A stretch of DNA of 64,000 nucleotides from Macrostomum lignano (lineage: Eukaryota): positions 1,116,001 to 1,180,000 of the forward strand of contig NIVC01000031.1 in assembly GCA_002269645.1 (NCBI GenBank). The letters run 5' to 3'. The notes below the pieces were generated by a model. The model saw only the letters and a program-made list of their open reading frames with translations, made no database searches and was not told the DNA's origin. Each line of letters opens with the position of its first letter. The first letter of the stretch is position 1. The translations under genes and the position numbers were made by a program. Shown here in pieces: positions 22,834 to 34,452 of the stretch.

Positions 22834-24399
22834 ATGTCTTCTGAAGAACTTGTTAACAGTAATTCGTTGGCCTGGATCCGCACAATAACTAATTTGTTTA
22901 TCATGCGACTGTGTCTATCAATCAGCTTCAATATTTTCAGAGATATCCACATCTCTGATTATTTTTTTGACGATAAAACAGGAAAATGCTACTTCCACGG
23001 TGAAGGCGACGAGTTCTCAAACTTTGTTAACATACCTGTATACTTAGTTGAATTTTTGTTGACTGCGCTAAGTGGTTTAATTGCTGACAAGTGGTTTGGA
23101 GAGCTTCGCCTTCTGCGCATATCCGGAGTAATTTTATTATTGGCAGGTGTGTACACTACTGCAATGGAGATGGCTGGCGTTATTTGCATCAAGCTAGTGT
23201 ACGTTATCGGTCTGGTACCAAACTGCTTAGCGAACGGCATCAGTTTCGGACTTATGATTGCATCGTTTATGAAAATCTCGGACGGCGACCTCGGCAGTCC
23301 AACACCTGGATTGATTGCGTACTACGCGTCGGCGTCGCTCGGTGAGCTGATCGGTTTGCTAATAAAGCTGACGCGGCATTACATTAATCTTACTTGGATC
23401 CTCTGCATCTCACCGCTGGTTTATATTGTGTTCTCTCTGCGTCTTCGACTCGACTGGAGAAGCTACCAACGTCGCTTCCAACATCAGCTTGTCGATGGAT
23501 TTCAATTTCCGACAAAGACTCGGCTGTTGCGCTACTTCCTACTGCTGACACCTCTTGTGCTCTTAGTAAACAATTGTATGGGCGTACGTGGTTTCCACTA
23601 TTGCTTTGAGATTAACTACTACCTAAATTGCACGAAAAAACACACTACTCACACCAGTTGCGCAGAAGTGTTTGTGGGCTACAACATAGCAACACTAGCT
23701 ACCTTCGGTCTATTAACCGTGTTCTATTCCTTCGGCTGTTTACAAAACAAGGATCGAGGCCACATTAATGCTCGCTTTTACTCAGGAGTTACCCTATTAT
23801 TACTTTGTAACGGTGCGATGATAGTCTGGAACAGCTGGGCAGGGGTCAGAAGCTTGGCTCCTCTAGACTCTCGACTAATTCACACTGTTTACGGAACCGC
23901 ATCGGTACTATATGGTATTAGCAACGCTCTAGCACTGGCTGCAGGCTACGAGCTGATGTACCGAGTGGCACAAGCTGCAAGTAAAAGCTTTGTCATGGGT
24001 CTGCTGTCTGCAGTCTGGGCGATCAGCGGCTTCATTACTGGTTTAAAAATACTTATTATGTCAAAGTTCCCTAGAGATCGACCTATCATCCCGCAAGTGT
24101 ACGGAAAGTCGAATGATCTTCGTATCGTTTATGCGGTGATGTTTGTCGAGTTAGCGCTGGCTATGCTTTATTATCGCTGTTTTTGCGTCCAACTAGTAAA
24201 GCGTTTGTCAGAAGTTGATGATGATTGCGACTACATGGCGGCTGATAGAGTAGTTGACGATGAAAGCGACGGACATGACGTCGACTTTGAAGAGGCGAGA
24301 GCAGAAAGCTACAGCCAATATAGTGAAGTCGAACCTACGCGCCGTGTTAGTGCTGTTTCCAGCGATGAAGGTCAGCTTTTACTACCAAAAGAAGAGTAG
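22834..24399 (+). CDS. Divergent SLC15/POT-like MFS transporter, paralog 2
   Basis: 521-aa ORF colinear with 15210-16736 (LSGLIADKWF; AGYELMYRVAQAASKSFVMG). Preceded by the acceptor tttttttcag. Confidence 0.75.
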   Translation: MSSEELVNSNSLAWIRTITNLFIMRLCLSISFNIFRDIHISDYFFDDKTGKCYFHGEGDEFSNFVNIPVYLVEFLLTALSGLIADKWFGELRLLRISGVILLLAGVYTTAMEMAGVICIKLVYVIGLVPNCLANGISFGLMIASFMKISDGDLGSPTPGLIAYYASASLGELIGLLIKLTRHYINLTWILCISPLVYIVFSLRLRLDWRSYQRRFQHQLVDGFQFPTKTRLLRYFLLLTPLVLLVNNCMGVRGFHYCFEINYYLNCTKKHTTHTSCAEVFVGYNIATLATFGLLTVFYSFGCLQNKDRGHINARFYSGVTLLLLCNGAMIVWNSWAGVRSLAPLDSRLIHTVYGTASVLYGISNALALAAGYELMYRVAQAASKSFVMGLLSAVWAISGFITGLKILIMSKFPRDRPIIPQVYGKSNDLRIVYAVMFVELALAMLYYRCFCVQLVKRLSEVDDDCDYMAADRVVDDESDGHDVDFEEARAESYSQYSEVEPTRRVSAVSSDEGQLLLPKEE

Positions 24400-24518
24400 T
24401 ATTCGTCTTGAAGAAGAGTGGATACGCAACAATGCCGATGTATGCCGATCAATTCGGCTTAAAGTCTCTGAAAATGCGAACAATCAATTTATATGACCGA
24501 CAGTAAAAGTTTGCTAAA

Positions 24519-24868
24519 CAACAAACAACAACAACAGAGTACGCTGCCAGTTCACAAAAACAGCGTCAGATGGCGCGCTTCAAAGCTTGGTCGCGAACAA
24601 AAGCCGCACCGCCGGCAGAGTCCGGGGCGCCGGCGTCAGCCAGCAGACAGTCGACGTAGCGCCGAGTCCTCGCCTGTCCCCGCCGGTAGGGTGCCTGCAA
24701 CGTAAGTAGCAGCACCTCCTGCACCGGCTCCGGACAGTAGGCCTCGGCGCGGATGACGTGGCCTGCCAGCTGGAGTCGCCGACGGCGCAGCAGATCGCTA
24801 GGCCAGGGCCAGGCCGGCGCGATGATAGAGCGCCGTGTTGGTGACTCGCTCGTTGCCGATCTTAAGCT
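24519..24868 (-). mobile_element. 5'-truncated RTE-type LINE 3' end
   Basis: Minus strand RRRRLQLAGHVIR...RRGQARTRRYVDCLLAD resembles an RTE C-terminus. It has a (TTG)n-like tail and a direct repeat GTTTGCTAAA at 24509-24518 and 24869-24878. Confidence 0.8.
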
Positions 24869-26317
24869 GTTTGCTAAATAATACTTAAACACTTCAAGAA
24901 TTGTTTGCTGTCAAGCATACATGTTACTCCAGCTTGACATTTTATTGTACATACTGCCAAGGACGCATGCATGGATAAATTAAAATGACTTTGCTTTTTA
25001 TAACATATGCATGTACAATGTACCTTAGCTGATGAGTTACAGTAAGTGTTGCCGACTGCGAATGTATTCCAGCTTTGCAGAATCCTATATAAAAGCTGCT
25101 TTGGGAGCTGCAATTCTAGAAAACAGCTCCCTCCGTTGTTGCGGCAACAAAGAATGAAATAATTTTTTTTAATAAACTACATGTACATGTAGCTTCTTGA
25201 CCCTTGTACAAGTCACTATAGTGCATGGTGTCCTAAGAAAGTTAATGATATCAAAACAAAAAATCATCTCAAGAATATAAGCCAAATATCTAGCCTAAGA
25301 TATCAGCATCCCTGTGAGCTTTGGCATCAAGGGCTTCTGATGGGTTTCGACCTTTCAGCCCCCTTGTGGGGAAGCCTTCGAGCCTCAAGTCTCAGAAATA
25401 AATCAATTAGAGTCCTGGCCCCCCCTCCTGTCAGATGGTCAGCCCCATGGTAGCTTGATCGTGTGGCGAGCAGTCTAGGTCCTATAGCTAAGAGAGGGAC
25501 AGCGAGAGACAAGCAGGGAGAATTTTTAAGGTAGAAATTAGTTAATCTGCAGATTAGCTAACTCGCTGCCACCAGCCTGTGCGTTCTGGCTCACCAAACC
25601 GGAACTTTCGAAATCTGGCTTCCGACTAGAAGGGGCTTTGCACTTACCTGCCAACTAGTGTCTTTTTGCTGTCAATCTCGAAGTCATAGCCGATGATAAG
25701 GGACACTGCTGGGACTAGATCGCATTGGCCATGCAGGTACAGAGGGGACTTGTGCAGGGGATTCTTGCAGTGGCGAGTCTATGGGGTAGCTACATGTACT
25801 ATTACATTGCTAAATACGAGGAATTGTACTTTTGGCCTTCAACGCGCCAACCAGCCTCTCGTAGCGCTGATGATAGACTAACTCGAACCTCAGAGACCGC
25901 ATGATTCATTACCTGAGCCGCTTGGCTAACCTAGAGTGCACAGAGTACATCTCTGGCACCGATTCTGCACTACTGGCAATTTTGCTAACTGATTTGACAG
26001 ATTGATCGACTGAGAACTGCCTTGCCATTGGTCCACTATGACCGGCGCCTACTAGCTTAGCCACTCATCTGAGCCATCGGCGAACAAAGAAATAAAGCCG
26101 ATAAAAGTAACTGTCAGATTTAACCTTCTCCTTGAATCACTTCACGCCTCAGATTAAATTGGAGCTTCAGACTACTAGCAGTATTATTGAATGATTTCTG
26201 CCTCAGTAACAGCACTACTGAACAAAATGAGCAAAAGTGTGCGCCTAATCCAGCTACTGAAACAGGGGACAGATAAGGAATCACCCAATCAAGCAAGTCT
26301 AGGTAGCCTCTCACCCA

Positions 26318-26764
26318 ACCAATCAGAAACTCAACAGCCGGAGACCAGGTAATCCACAGTGACCGAATCGGATTAGTGCTTCGCAGCTGTAGACCCGGGA
26401 TGATGCTGATGTCACAACCTTCGCAGATAGCTAGCAGGTGATGCTCTTAACTTTGATGTTCACTGCTGATGAACGGGGGAATTCGTCCTTGATGATGAGG
26501 GGGGGGGGGGTCGCAATCCGGGGATCAAGAAACGACGCTCAGGCCAGAGAGAGAGCAAGTTCCTGGCCGGTCTCCAGAAAGGGTTTGCAGGGGTTGAACC
26601 GGTTGAAGTTCGAGCGAGCCAAAAACACCGGTTAAAATAGCCGCGAACTGGACCGCAGTTTGTTATAATGGAACACATCGATTCTGATTGGCTGAGCCGA
26701 TTTGTTAAAATGAGCGTCGAATTTTCTGATTGGCTAAGCTTGCTGCCACCCAAAGTCACGTGAC
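26318..26764. promoter_or_regulatory. Cluster of CCAAT boxes and a palindromic E-box
   Basis: TTCTGATTGGCT at 26682 and 26724, the inverse CCAATCAGAA near 26318, and GTCACGTGAC at 26755-26764. No linked transcript was identified. Confidence 0.35.
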
Positions 26765-27513
26765 CGGGAGATCCTATCAGTTCCCTCGGGTCGTAAAAAC
26801 ATGGCAGGTGCGGCAAAAAATCAATCAAATTCGCAACAAAATGATTTATGACTTTTCGCGTAGGATTGACAGAAATTAATGAAAAAATATACATTAGAAA
26901 GCTCTTATTAAATAGAAAGTGAAGATAATGAAGAGAAATCGCTAATCGCTAATCCCAAATTACTTTTAAGGGTAAAACGCATAGCTGTCAAAGCTTTCAC
27001 ACGCTTGAGTGAACACGAACAATAGGCTCTGACCTCATAAATCTTGATGGCCTGTCAAAATGATGAGAAAAAAGCTATCATTTGCATCCCCTCAGACCAT
27101 CTGGCGCCAGTCTTAACACTGAGTGAGGCGCAGGTGGCTGTCAGACCAGCTTCGAAAGCGATGATTTATGACCCAAAAAGCTGCGCCTATGTTATTATGA
27201 CTACTAGTATGACCAAACATTATATCTAGTATAGATTCTATGACAATTTGCAGGAAAATGATAAAAATGCCCATAGCCTGCTGTTAGTAGGCTAGTAAGT
27301 TTAGAACCCATGTGCTAGCGCGGGATTTGGAAAAAAGTGCGTCCTCATCAACTCCCTTTTAGCCATTGCTTCAACCTAAATCTCATTTTGATCTACCAAC
27401 TTTGGTTTCGGCTGCACGTACAATAATGACAACTTCGAACTAATTGGCCCTCAGCATCTCAGCAAACCCCCTCCATATGAGCCACATCATTTCAGCCGTT
27501 ATGAGTAGGAGTA

Positions 27514-29960
27514 CGAGGGCTATTCCAAAAGTATGGTTCGCTATTCTCCAAAATTTATTAAAAGCACATTGGACAGGAGACACTAGCTATGTACTAACCT
27601 ATAGTCTATGGTAAAGGAGAATACAAGTTTCAGAGTGCTGTCAAGCTCACAAGCCGCAGAGCATCACCGCCTTATTCAAATAGACTTTTGCAAAGATGGC
27701 CACGTCAGCTTCGTTCACTCGGTTTGGCGTTCGGAACATCATCAAGTTTGGAGTTTTGGCTGGAAAATCGGCAACTGCTATTCCAGAGCTTGGAGATGTT
27801 TTGAGAGAGGAAGCTCCATCAATTCAGACAGTGCGCAAGTGGGTTCGTGAGGTCCAGGGAGGGAGGCTGTGTATGGAAGATAGAGAGCGCTCCGAAAGGC
27901 CAAGAACAGCAACAACCGACGCAAATGCCAAGCGTGTGGAGGATGCGGTGACAGAGGACAGCAGGCTGACTTGCGCTGAGCTCGAGAGGAACTTCTAGAC
28001 ATCCCCCACATCACGGTGCATCGCATCCTAACTGAGAACTTGGGCATGCAGAAGATCTTCGGCATTCTTTCGGATGACGATCATTCCGTTTCTTACAAGT
28101 TTCGGTTGACGATCACCTATGAAAATGGTATACTGTGCTGTAGAAATCATGGTAAAACGGCAACTATATAATTAGTTTCGGAAGGCGATCATTTCAATAT
28201 AAGTTTTGAATAGAAAGGATCGCGATCCGAAACTACAGAAAAACAGAGAAACTTTCCAATTTAAAACCAGCAACATCAATAGCATTATTTCTGTCATGGA
28301 CGTGTATATAATCAGTTTCGGAATGCGATCATTTCAATGATACTTTTGAATACAAATGATCGTGATCCGAAACTACAGCTTTTCTTTCTCATATTTCAGT
28401 AGCACTCACTATGGCATGCTCGACAGACGGCGTCGTGTTCCGGTGCAAGAAGGGAGCTGGTTCGCCATTTGGAGCACATGAAAAAAGAGTCTCCATTAGA
28501 AGGGGAACTTTTTTCGAGAATTCTAAACTGAATCCAATGGACATCATTGGGTACTGCATTGGTTATCTTCTGAACACTCCGCAAAGGTAAGCCATGTACT
28601 TTCGGTTGACGATCATTACAATGTACAAATTACATTAAGAATGATCGCCTTCCGAAACTGAGGGGGGGTGCATCCATATTATAACCCACAGTTCACTGCG
28701 CGCCATGTACGGCATTGAAGCGGAGGCAGCTGTGCAATGGGGCCACTTCATTCAATGATTACTGCTCCTAAGACAATAAAAACTCTGTACTTTCGGAACG
28801 CAATCATTTCAGGGCTACCTTCATATTAAAATGATCGTCTTCCGAAACTGACTTACGTTCACTAGATGTTAAACTTTGAGACACTAATTTTTTTCTAGAA
28901 TTGCCAAGCTGTAGTTTCGGAAGACGATCATTCCATCCGAAATTGATTTAATACACGTGGCGGTTACTACGAAATACACGATTCACGACTGATAGCCCCA
29001 ATGTTGGGTTTTTTAATTTCTGGACAATTTGTTTGACTCGCTTTCTTACTTTCAATTTCAATTACCCAGAACTTTTACATTGGTGATCGTCACTTTTCAG
29101 GTGATCGTCATCCGAAAGAATGCCAGATCTTCGCCAAATGGGTGCCCCACCTGCTGACAGAAGAGCAGATGGAGGAGCGGGTGAGGCTGTCCAGAGTGCA
29201 CCTTTGTCGATTTCATCGAGAAGGCAATGACTTCCTCAGCAGCAGGATTGTGACAGGAGATGAGACTTCGACCTACGAATGGGATCCTTAGCTGAAGCGG
29301 CAGTCAGCACAGTGGCTTGGCTTCCAAGGGGATCAGCAAGCCCGGAGAAGGTGCAGCGCAAGCAGAGTTCAACGAAGGTGATGGACATCATCTTCTTCGA
29401 CGTCCATGGCATTCTGGTGGACTGGCCTGTGTCAGTCGGTACCAGGTGAACGCCGAATATTACAAATGGATTCTGCAGGAGAAACTGCGATCCCGGCGAT
29501 CAGAAAGAAGCGACCTGGCTTGCTGGAGAGAAGCGTCATCTTTCATCACGACAATGCGCCTGTGCACTGCGCCAGAAGAGTGGAAGAGCTCTTGGAGTTC
29601 TGGGACTGGGAAGTTCTGCCTCAGCCGTGTTATTCGTCTGACTTGGCTTCGGGTGGACTTCTACGTTTTTCCAAGAATGAAGGATAGTCTTCGTGGTCAA
29701 CGTTTTGCTTCAGTGGAACAAACTAATAACAGCGCTTCATCAGCTTTCCGACATCTGGCCATTGGCGGTTGAAGCCCTGCCCAGTGCCTTTAAGGCGTGG
29801 GTGCGCCGCTGGCAGAAGTGCGTTGACCTTGGCGGCAACTAGCTAGAGTTACTATGAGTTCATTATGCGGTCGCAAAGTTTTGTTGATTAATTGTCATGT
29901 TGATTCACTAGTTTGTCTTTTATAGCATAGCGAAACATACTTGTTGTAAATCAATACTCG
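27514..29960 (+). mobile_element. Decayed mariner (DD34D-type) transposon interrupted by an insertion
   Basis: TA|CGAG...CTCG|TA ends with a degenerate TIR (aagtatggttcgctat vs rc aagtatgtttcgctat). Transposase HTH at 27696-28060; FAKWVPHLL, IVTGDET, HDNAPVH and YSSDLAS after 29125. Multiple frameshifts. Confidence 0.9.
28061..29124 (+). mobile_element. Merlin-type (ISXO2/IS1595-related) non-autonomous DNA transposon
   Basis: Perfect 23-bp TIR GGCATTCTTTCGGATGACGATCA and 8-bp TSD AGATCTTC (28053-28060, 29125-29132). An internal exon-like segment 28400-28586 (tttcag/gtaagc) encodes DGVVFRCKK...KRVSIRRGTFFENSKL, a motif resembling Merlin transposases. Confidence 0.8.
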
Positions 29961-30371
29961 TACATTTATGAGTATTGGCATCTCAGCAATTCCCCCGTGA
30001 GCCTTAAAATCTCAGCAACTCCACACCCGTGAGCCTTTTGTATCTCAGAAATCGAATCAGCATGCTGCTGTGCTTTCGTTTATCCTGGGACCATCCCACT
30101 GAGTTTTCCTAATGCCAAGAACAACTAAAGCTATGTAATGTACACGACGCGACACCCACGTTTCATGGAAAAAAGTTTTGAAGGGCACCTAAAATAAATA
30201 ATTTGCTGGATTTAACGCTTTGCAATTAACATTAATTTATACTGTTTTCAGATCCTACATGGCTAATCGAACTTTTCGAAGAGTTAGAAATGAAGTTTAA
30301 GGCCCGTAACTAATTTTAGATAGGCAGATAGCAAGGCAACCTTGTTAAAATATGGGGGTTGGCCTTCAGAA

Positions 30372-32010
30372 ACGTATGAAACATTCGCCGACACTTATTC
30401 AGACACTTCTACAGACACTTTATTTTCTGTCGTACGGTTAGGAACAAGCATTAAATTTGTCTAGGACACTTCCTAATTCATATTTAATGAAATAAAGCAG
30501 TCCATGCATAGTTTTAATTTTGCAATTTTGTTTTTGTGCACTCGTTCCAGACTTTCAAATTATGGCTTTTATCGCGTAGTGTGCGTGCATGCATCGTGTA
30601 CAACGATTAGCTGCAGCGTGCTAAATAGTTCAATTAGGTATTAAAAGCGTACAAGGTATTTGTACAATAGTATTTGTACATTTTAGTTGAAGTTAAAAGT
30701 TCAAGCTTTTAGTGAATCATTGGAAAATAAAACTATCCGTTTTAAATCGTGCAACATATTGTTTTGTCTCGGACATTTGTGACACTGTCACTTAGGGTTG
30801 CAAGGTTTTTTAAAAGAGAAACTGTTGCTTTTCCAATGCTGAAGTATTTGTGTTGTATGGATCAGGGTTTTTCGTCAAAATTTGGATGCATGTATACATC
30901 TAAACATATAAAAATGATCAAGGTTGAAGATTACCCTATGGTATAACTGTTTTCTCCATTTTACTATTTCAAAGTGCCCACGTGAAGTTAGATTTAGCAT
31001 GCCAGCCTTAAAAAATAAAAAAATCTACATAGTGTAGAATTGTATACTCTTTTATTTAAGACTATATTATATTCCCAATATATTTGCTTAGATAAATCGA
31101 AAAGTATTTACTTTACTTGAAAAAAATAATGTTCACTACAAATATTTCAATGTAGAAACCAGGAAACATAAACCTATTAAGTCTTATATAGAAATGAAGG
31201 ATAAAGATATGGATAGAATATAATAAAGCCATTGTGGGCATTAAATATAAAACAAAAGAATCACTTAAGGCAAAATTTGAAAAAAGTGAATTTTTGGCAT
31301 GCTCCAAGAAAAGAGGCTTATAATTTGAAATATTTTTGCTTTTGTTTGACAAAAAATATGTATAGATTTATACTTTTGGGCAAGGTTTATTTTCTCTTAA
31401 AATTCTAATTGTAAATTTGCCAGTAAGCTTAAAAATTGTTGTAAGTTGAAGCTCAAATAAAATTAGTCTTAACTCCAATCTGACTTTCCAAAGTAAATCC
31501 CTAAATTATTTGTTACAATTGCTTTAAAAACTTGCCATTTCATTTATTCATTAATCAAAATTTTGTTCTAGAAACTGATACCTATAGAAGGTTTTTAGTT
31601 TTTAAGAAATCTAGTAACTAGTGTCAGAGAAATATGTTTATGTAGGTTTTATATATATATATCAACCTTATATATAAAAAAGGTTGCACACTGAGATTTA
31701 AATACAGCTTCTAACATGTGTGTCCAGAGGTGAGATTGTGGCCAACTGCACACCAATAGCATACCAACTCTATACCAAATCCATACTGACATGCCAACTG
31801 TATACCAACTGTATACAAACACCATATCAACTCCATACCAACTGCATACCAACCCCATACCAATATGCCAACTGCATACCAACTCCATACCAATATGCCA
31901 ACTGCATACCAACTCCATACCAACATGCCAACTGCATACCAACTACATACCAACATGCCAACTGCATACCAACACCATACCAACTCCATACCAACTGCAT
32001 ACCAACTGCA
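30372..32010 (+). repeat. Left long TIR (AT-rich unique part plus start of satellite)
   Basis: Reverse complement of ~41475-43115. The only indel noticed is one TA unit in a (TA)n run. Confidence 0.92.
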
Positions 32011-34378
32011 TACCAACACCATACCAACTACATACCAACATGCCAACTGCATACCAACACCATACCAACTCCATACCAACTGCATACCAACTGCATACCA
32101 ACTCTATACCAACTACATACCAACATGCCAACTGCATACCAACACCATACCAACTCCATACCAACTGCATACCAACTCCATACCAACTATACTCCAACAT
32201 GCCAACTGTATACCTACACCATACCAACTGTATGCCAACTGCATACCAACTCCATACCAACATGCCAACTGCATACCAACTCCATACCAACTGCATACCA
32301 ACTCCATACCAACATGCCAACTGCATACCAACTCCATACCAACTGCATACCAACTACATACCAACATGCCAACTGCATACCAACACCATACCAACTCCAT
32401 ACCAACTACATACCAACATGCCAACTGCATACCAACACCATACCAACTGCATACCAACTCCATACCAACATGCCAACTGCATACCAACTACATACCAACA
32501 TGCCAACTGCATACCAACACCATACCAACTCCATACCAACTGCATACCAACTGCATACCAACTCCATACCAACTACATACCAACATGCCAACTGCATACC
32601 AACACCATACCAACTCCATACCAACTGCATACCAACTCCATACCAACTATACTCCAACATGCCAACTGTATACCTACACCATACCAACTGTATGCCAACT
32701 GCATACCAACTCCATACCAACATGCCAACTGCATACCAACTCCATACCAACATGCCAACTGCATACCAACTCCATACCAACATGCCAACTGCATACCAAC
32801 TACATACCAACTGCATACCAACTACATACGAACATGCCAACTGCATACCAACACCATACCAACTCCATACCAACTACATACCAACATGCCAACTGCATAC
32901 CAACACCATACCAACTGCATACCAACTCCATACCAACATGCCAACTGCATACCAACTACATACCAACATGCCAACTGCATACCAACACCATACCAACTCC
33001 ATACCAACTGCATACCAACTCCATACCAACTATACTCCAACATGCCAACTGTATACCTACACCATACCAACTGTATGCCAACTGCATACCAACTCCATAC
33101 CAACATGCCAACTGCATACCAACTCCATACCAACTGCATACCAACTCCATACCAACATGCCAACTGCATACCAACTCCATACCAACTGCATACCAACTAC
33201 ATACCAACATGCCAACTGCATACCAACACCATACCAACTCCATACCAACTACATACCAACATGCCAACTGCATACCAACACCATACCAACTGCATACCAA
33301 CTCCATACCAACATGCCAACTGCATACCAACTACATACCAACATGCCAACTGCATACCAACACCATACCAACTCCATACCAACTGCATACCAACTGCATA
33401 CCAACTCCATACCAACTACATACCAACATGCCAACTGCATACCAACACCATACCAACTCCATACCAACTGCATACCAACTCCATACCAACTATACTCCAA
33501 CATGCCAACTGTATACCTACACCATACCAACTGTATGCCAACTGCATACCAACTCCATACCAACATGCCAACTGCATACCAACTCCATACCAACATGCCA
33601 ACTGCATACCAACTCCATACCAACATGCCAACTGCATACCAACTACATACCAACTGCATACCAACTACATACCAACATGCCAACTGCATACCAACACCAT
33701 ACCAACTCCATACCAACTACATACCAACATGCCAACTGCATACCAACACCATACCAACTGCATACCAACTCCATACCAACATGCCAACTGCATACCAACT
33801 ACATACCAACATGCCAACTGCATACCAACACCATACCAACTCCATACCAACTGCATACCAACTCCATACCAACTACATACCAACATGCCAACTGCATACC
33901 AACACCATACCAACTCCATACCAACTGCATACCAACTCCATACCAACTATACTCCAACATGCCAACTGTATACCTACACCATACCAACTGTATGCCAACT
34001 GCATACCAACTCCATACCAACATGCCAACTGCATACCAACTACATACCAACATGCCAACTGCATACCAACACCATACCAACTCCATACCAACTGCATACC
34101 AACTGCATACCAACTCCATACCAACTACATACCAACATGCCAACTGCATACCAACACCATACCAACTCCATACCAACTGCATACCAACTGCATACCAACT
34201 CCATACCAACTATATTCCAACATGCCAACTGTATACCTACACCATACCAACTGTATGCCAACTGCATACCAACTCCATACCAACATGCCAACTGCATACC
34301 AACTCCATACCAACTCCATACCAACATGCCAACTGCATACCAACTCCATACCAACATACTAACTACATACCAACATGA
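31765..34378 (+). repeat. Satellite of 11/19-bp units (ATACCAACTGC/TCC/ACC/TAC; ATACCAACATGCCAACTGC), left arm
   Basis: Directly visible. An 843-bp higher-order duplication is evident from ORF-track periodicity (e.g. 32113 vs 32956, 32573 vs 33416). Confidence 0.97.
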
Positions 34379-34452
34379 CAACTTATATTATGCCACACTA
34401 AACGAAAACATGGCAAATTCATACCATTGTTTCATGTTTCAGGCTTCTTTGC

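Noticed and set aside
25330-25385. Possible hammerhead ribozyme (ctgatgggtttcgacc / ctgaaaggtcgaaac)
   Set aside because: Lacks the CUGANGA core with a proper stem II on either strand.
28174-28943. CRISPR or integron attC array
   Set aside because: The repeats match the enclosing element's own TIR and the spacers are 80-220 bp of irregular length; better explained as transposon-internal repeats.
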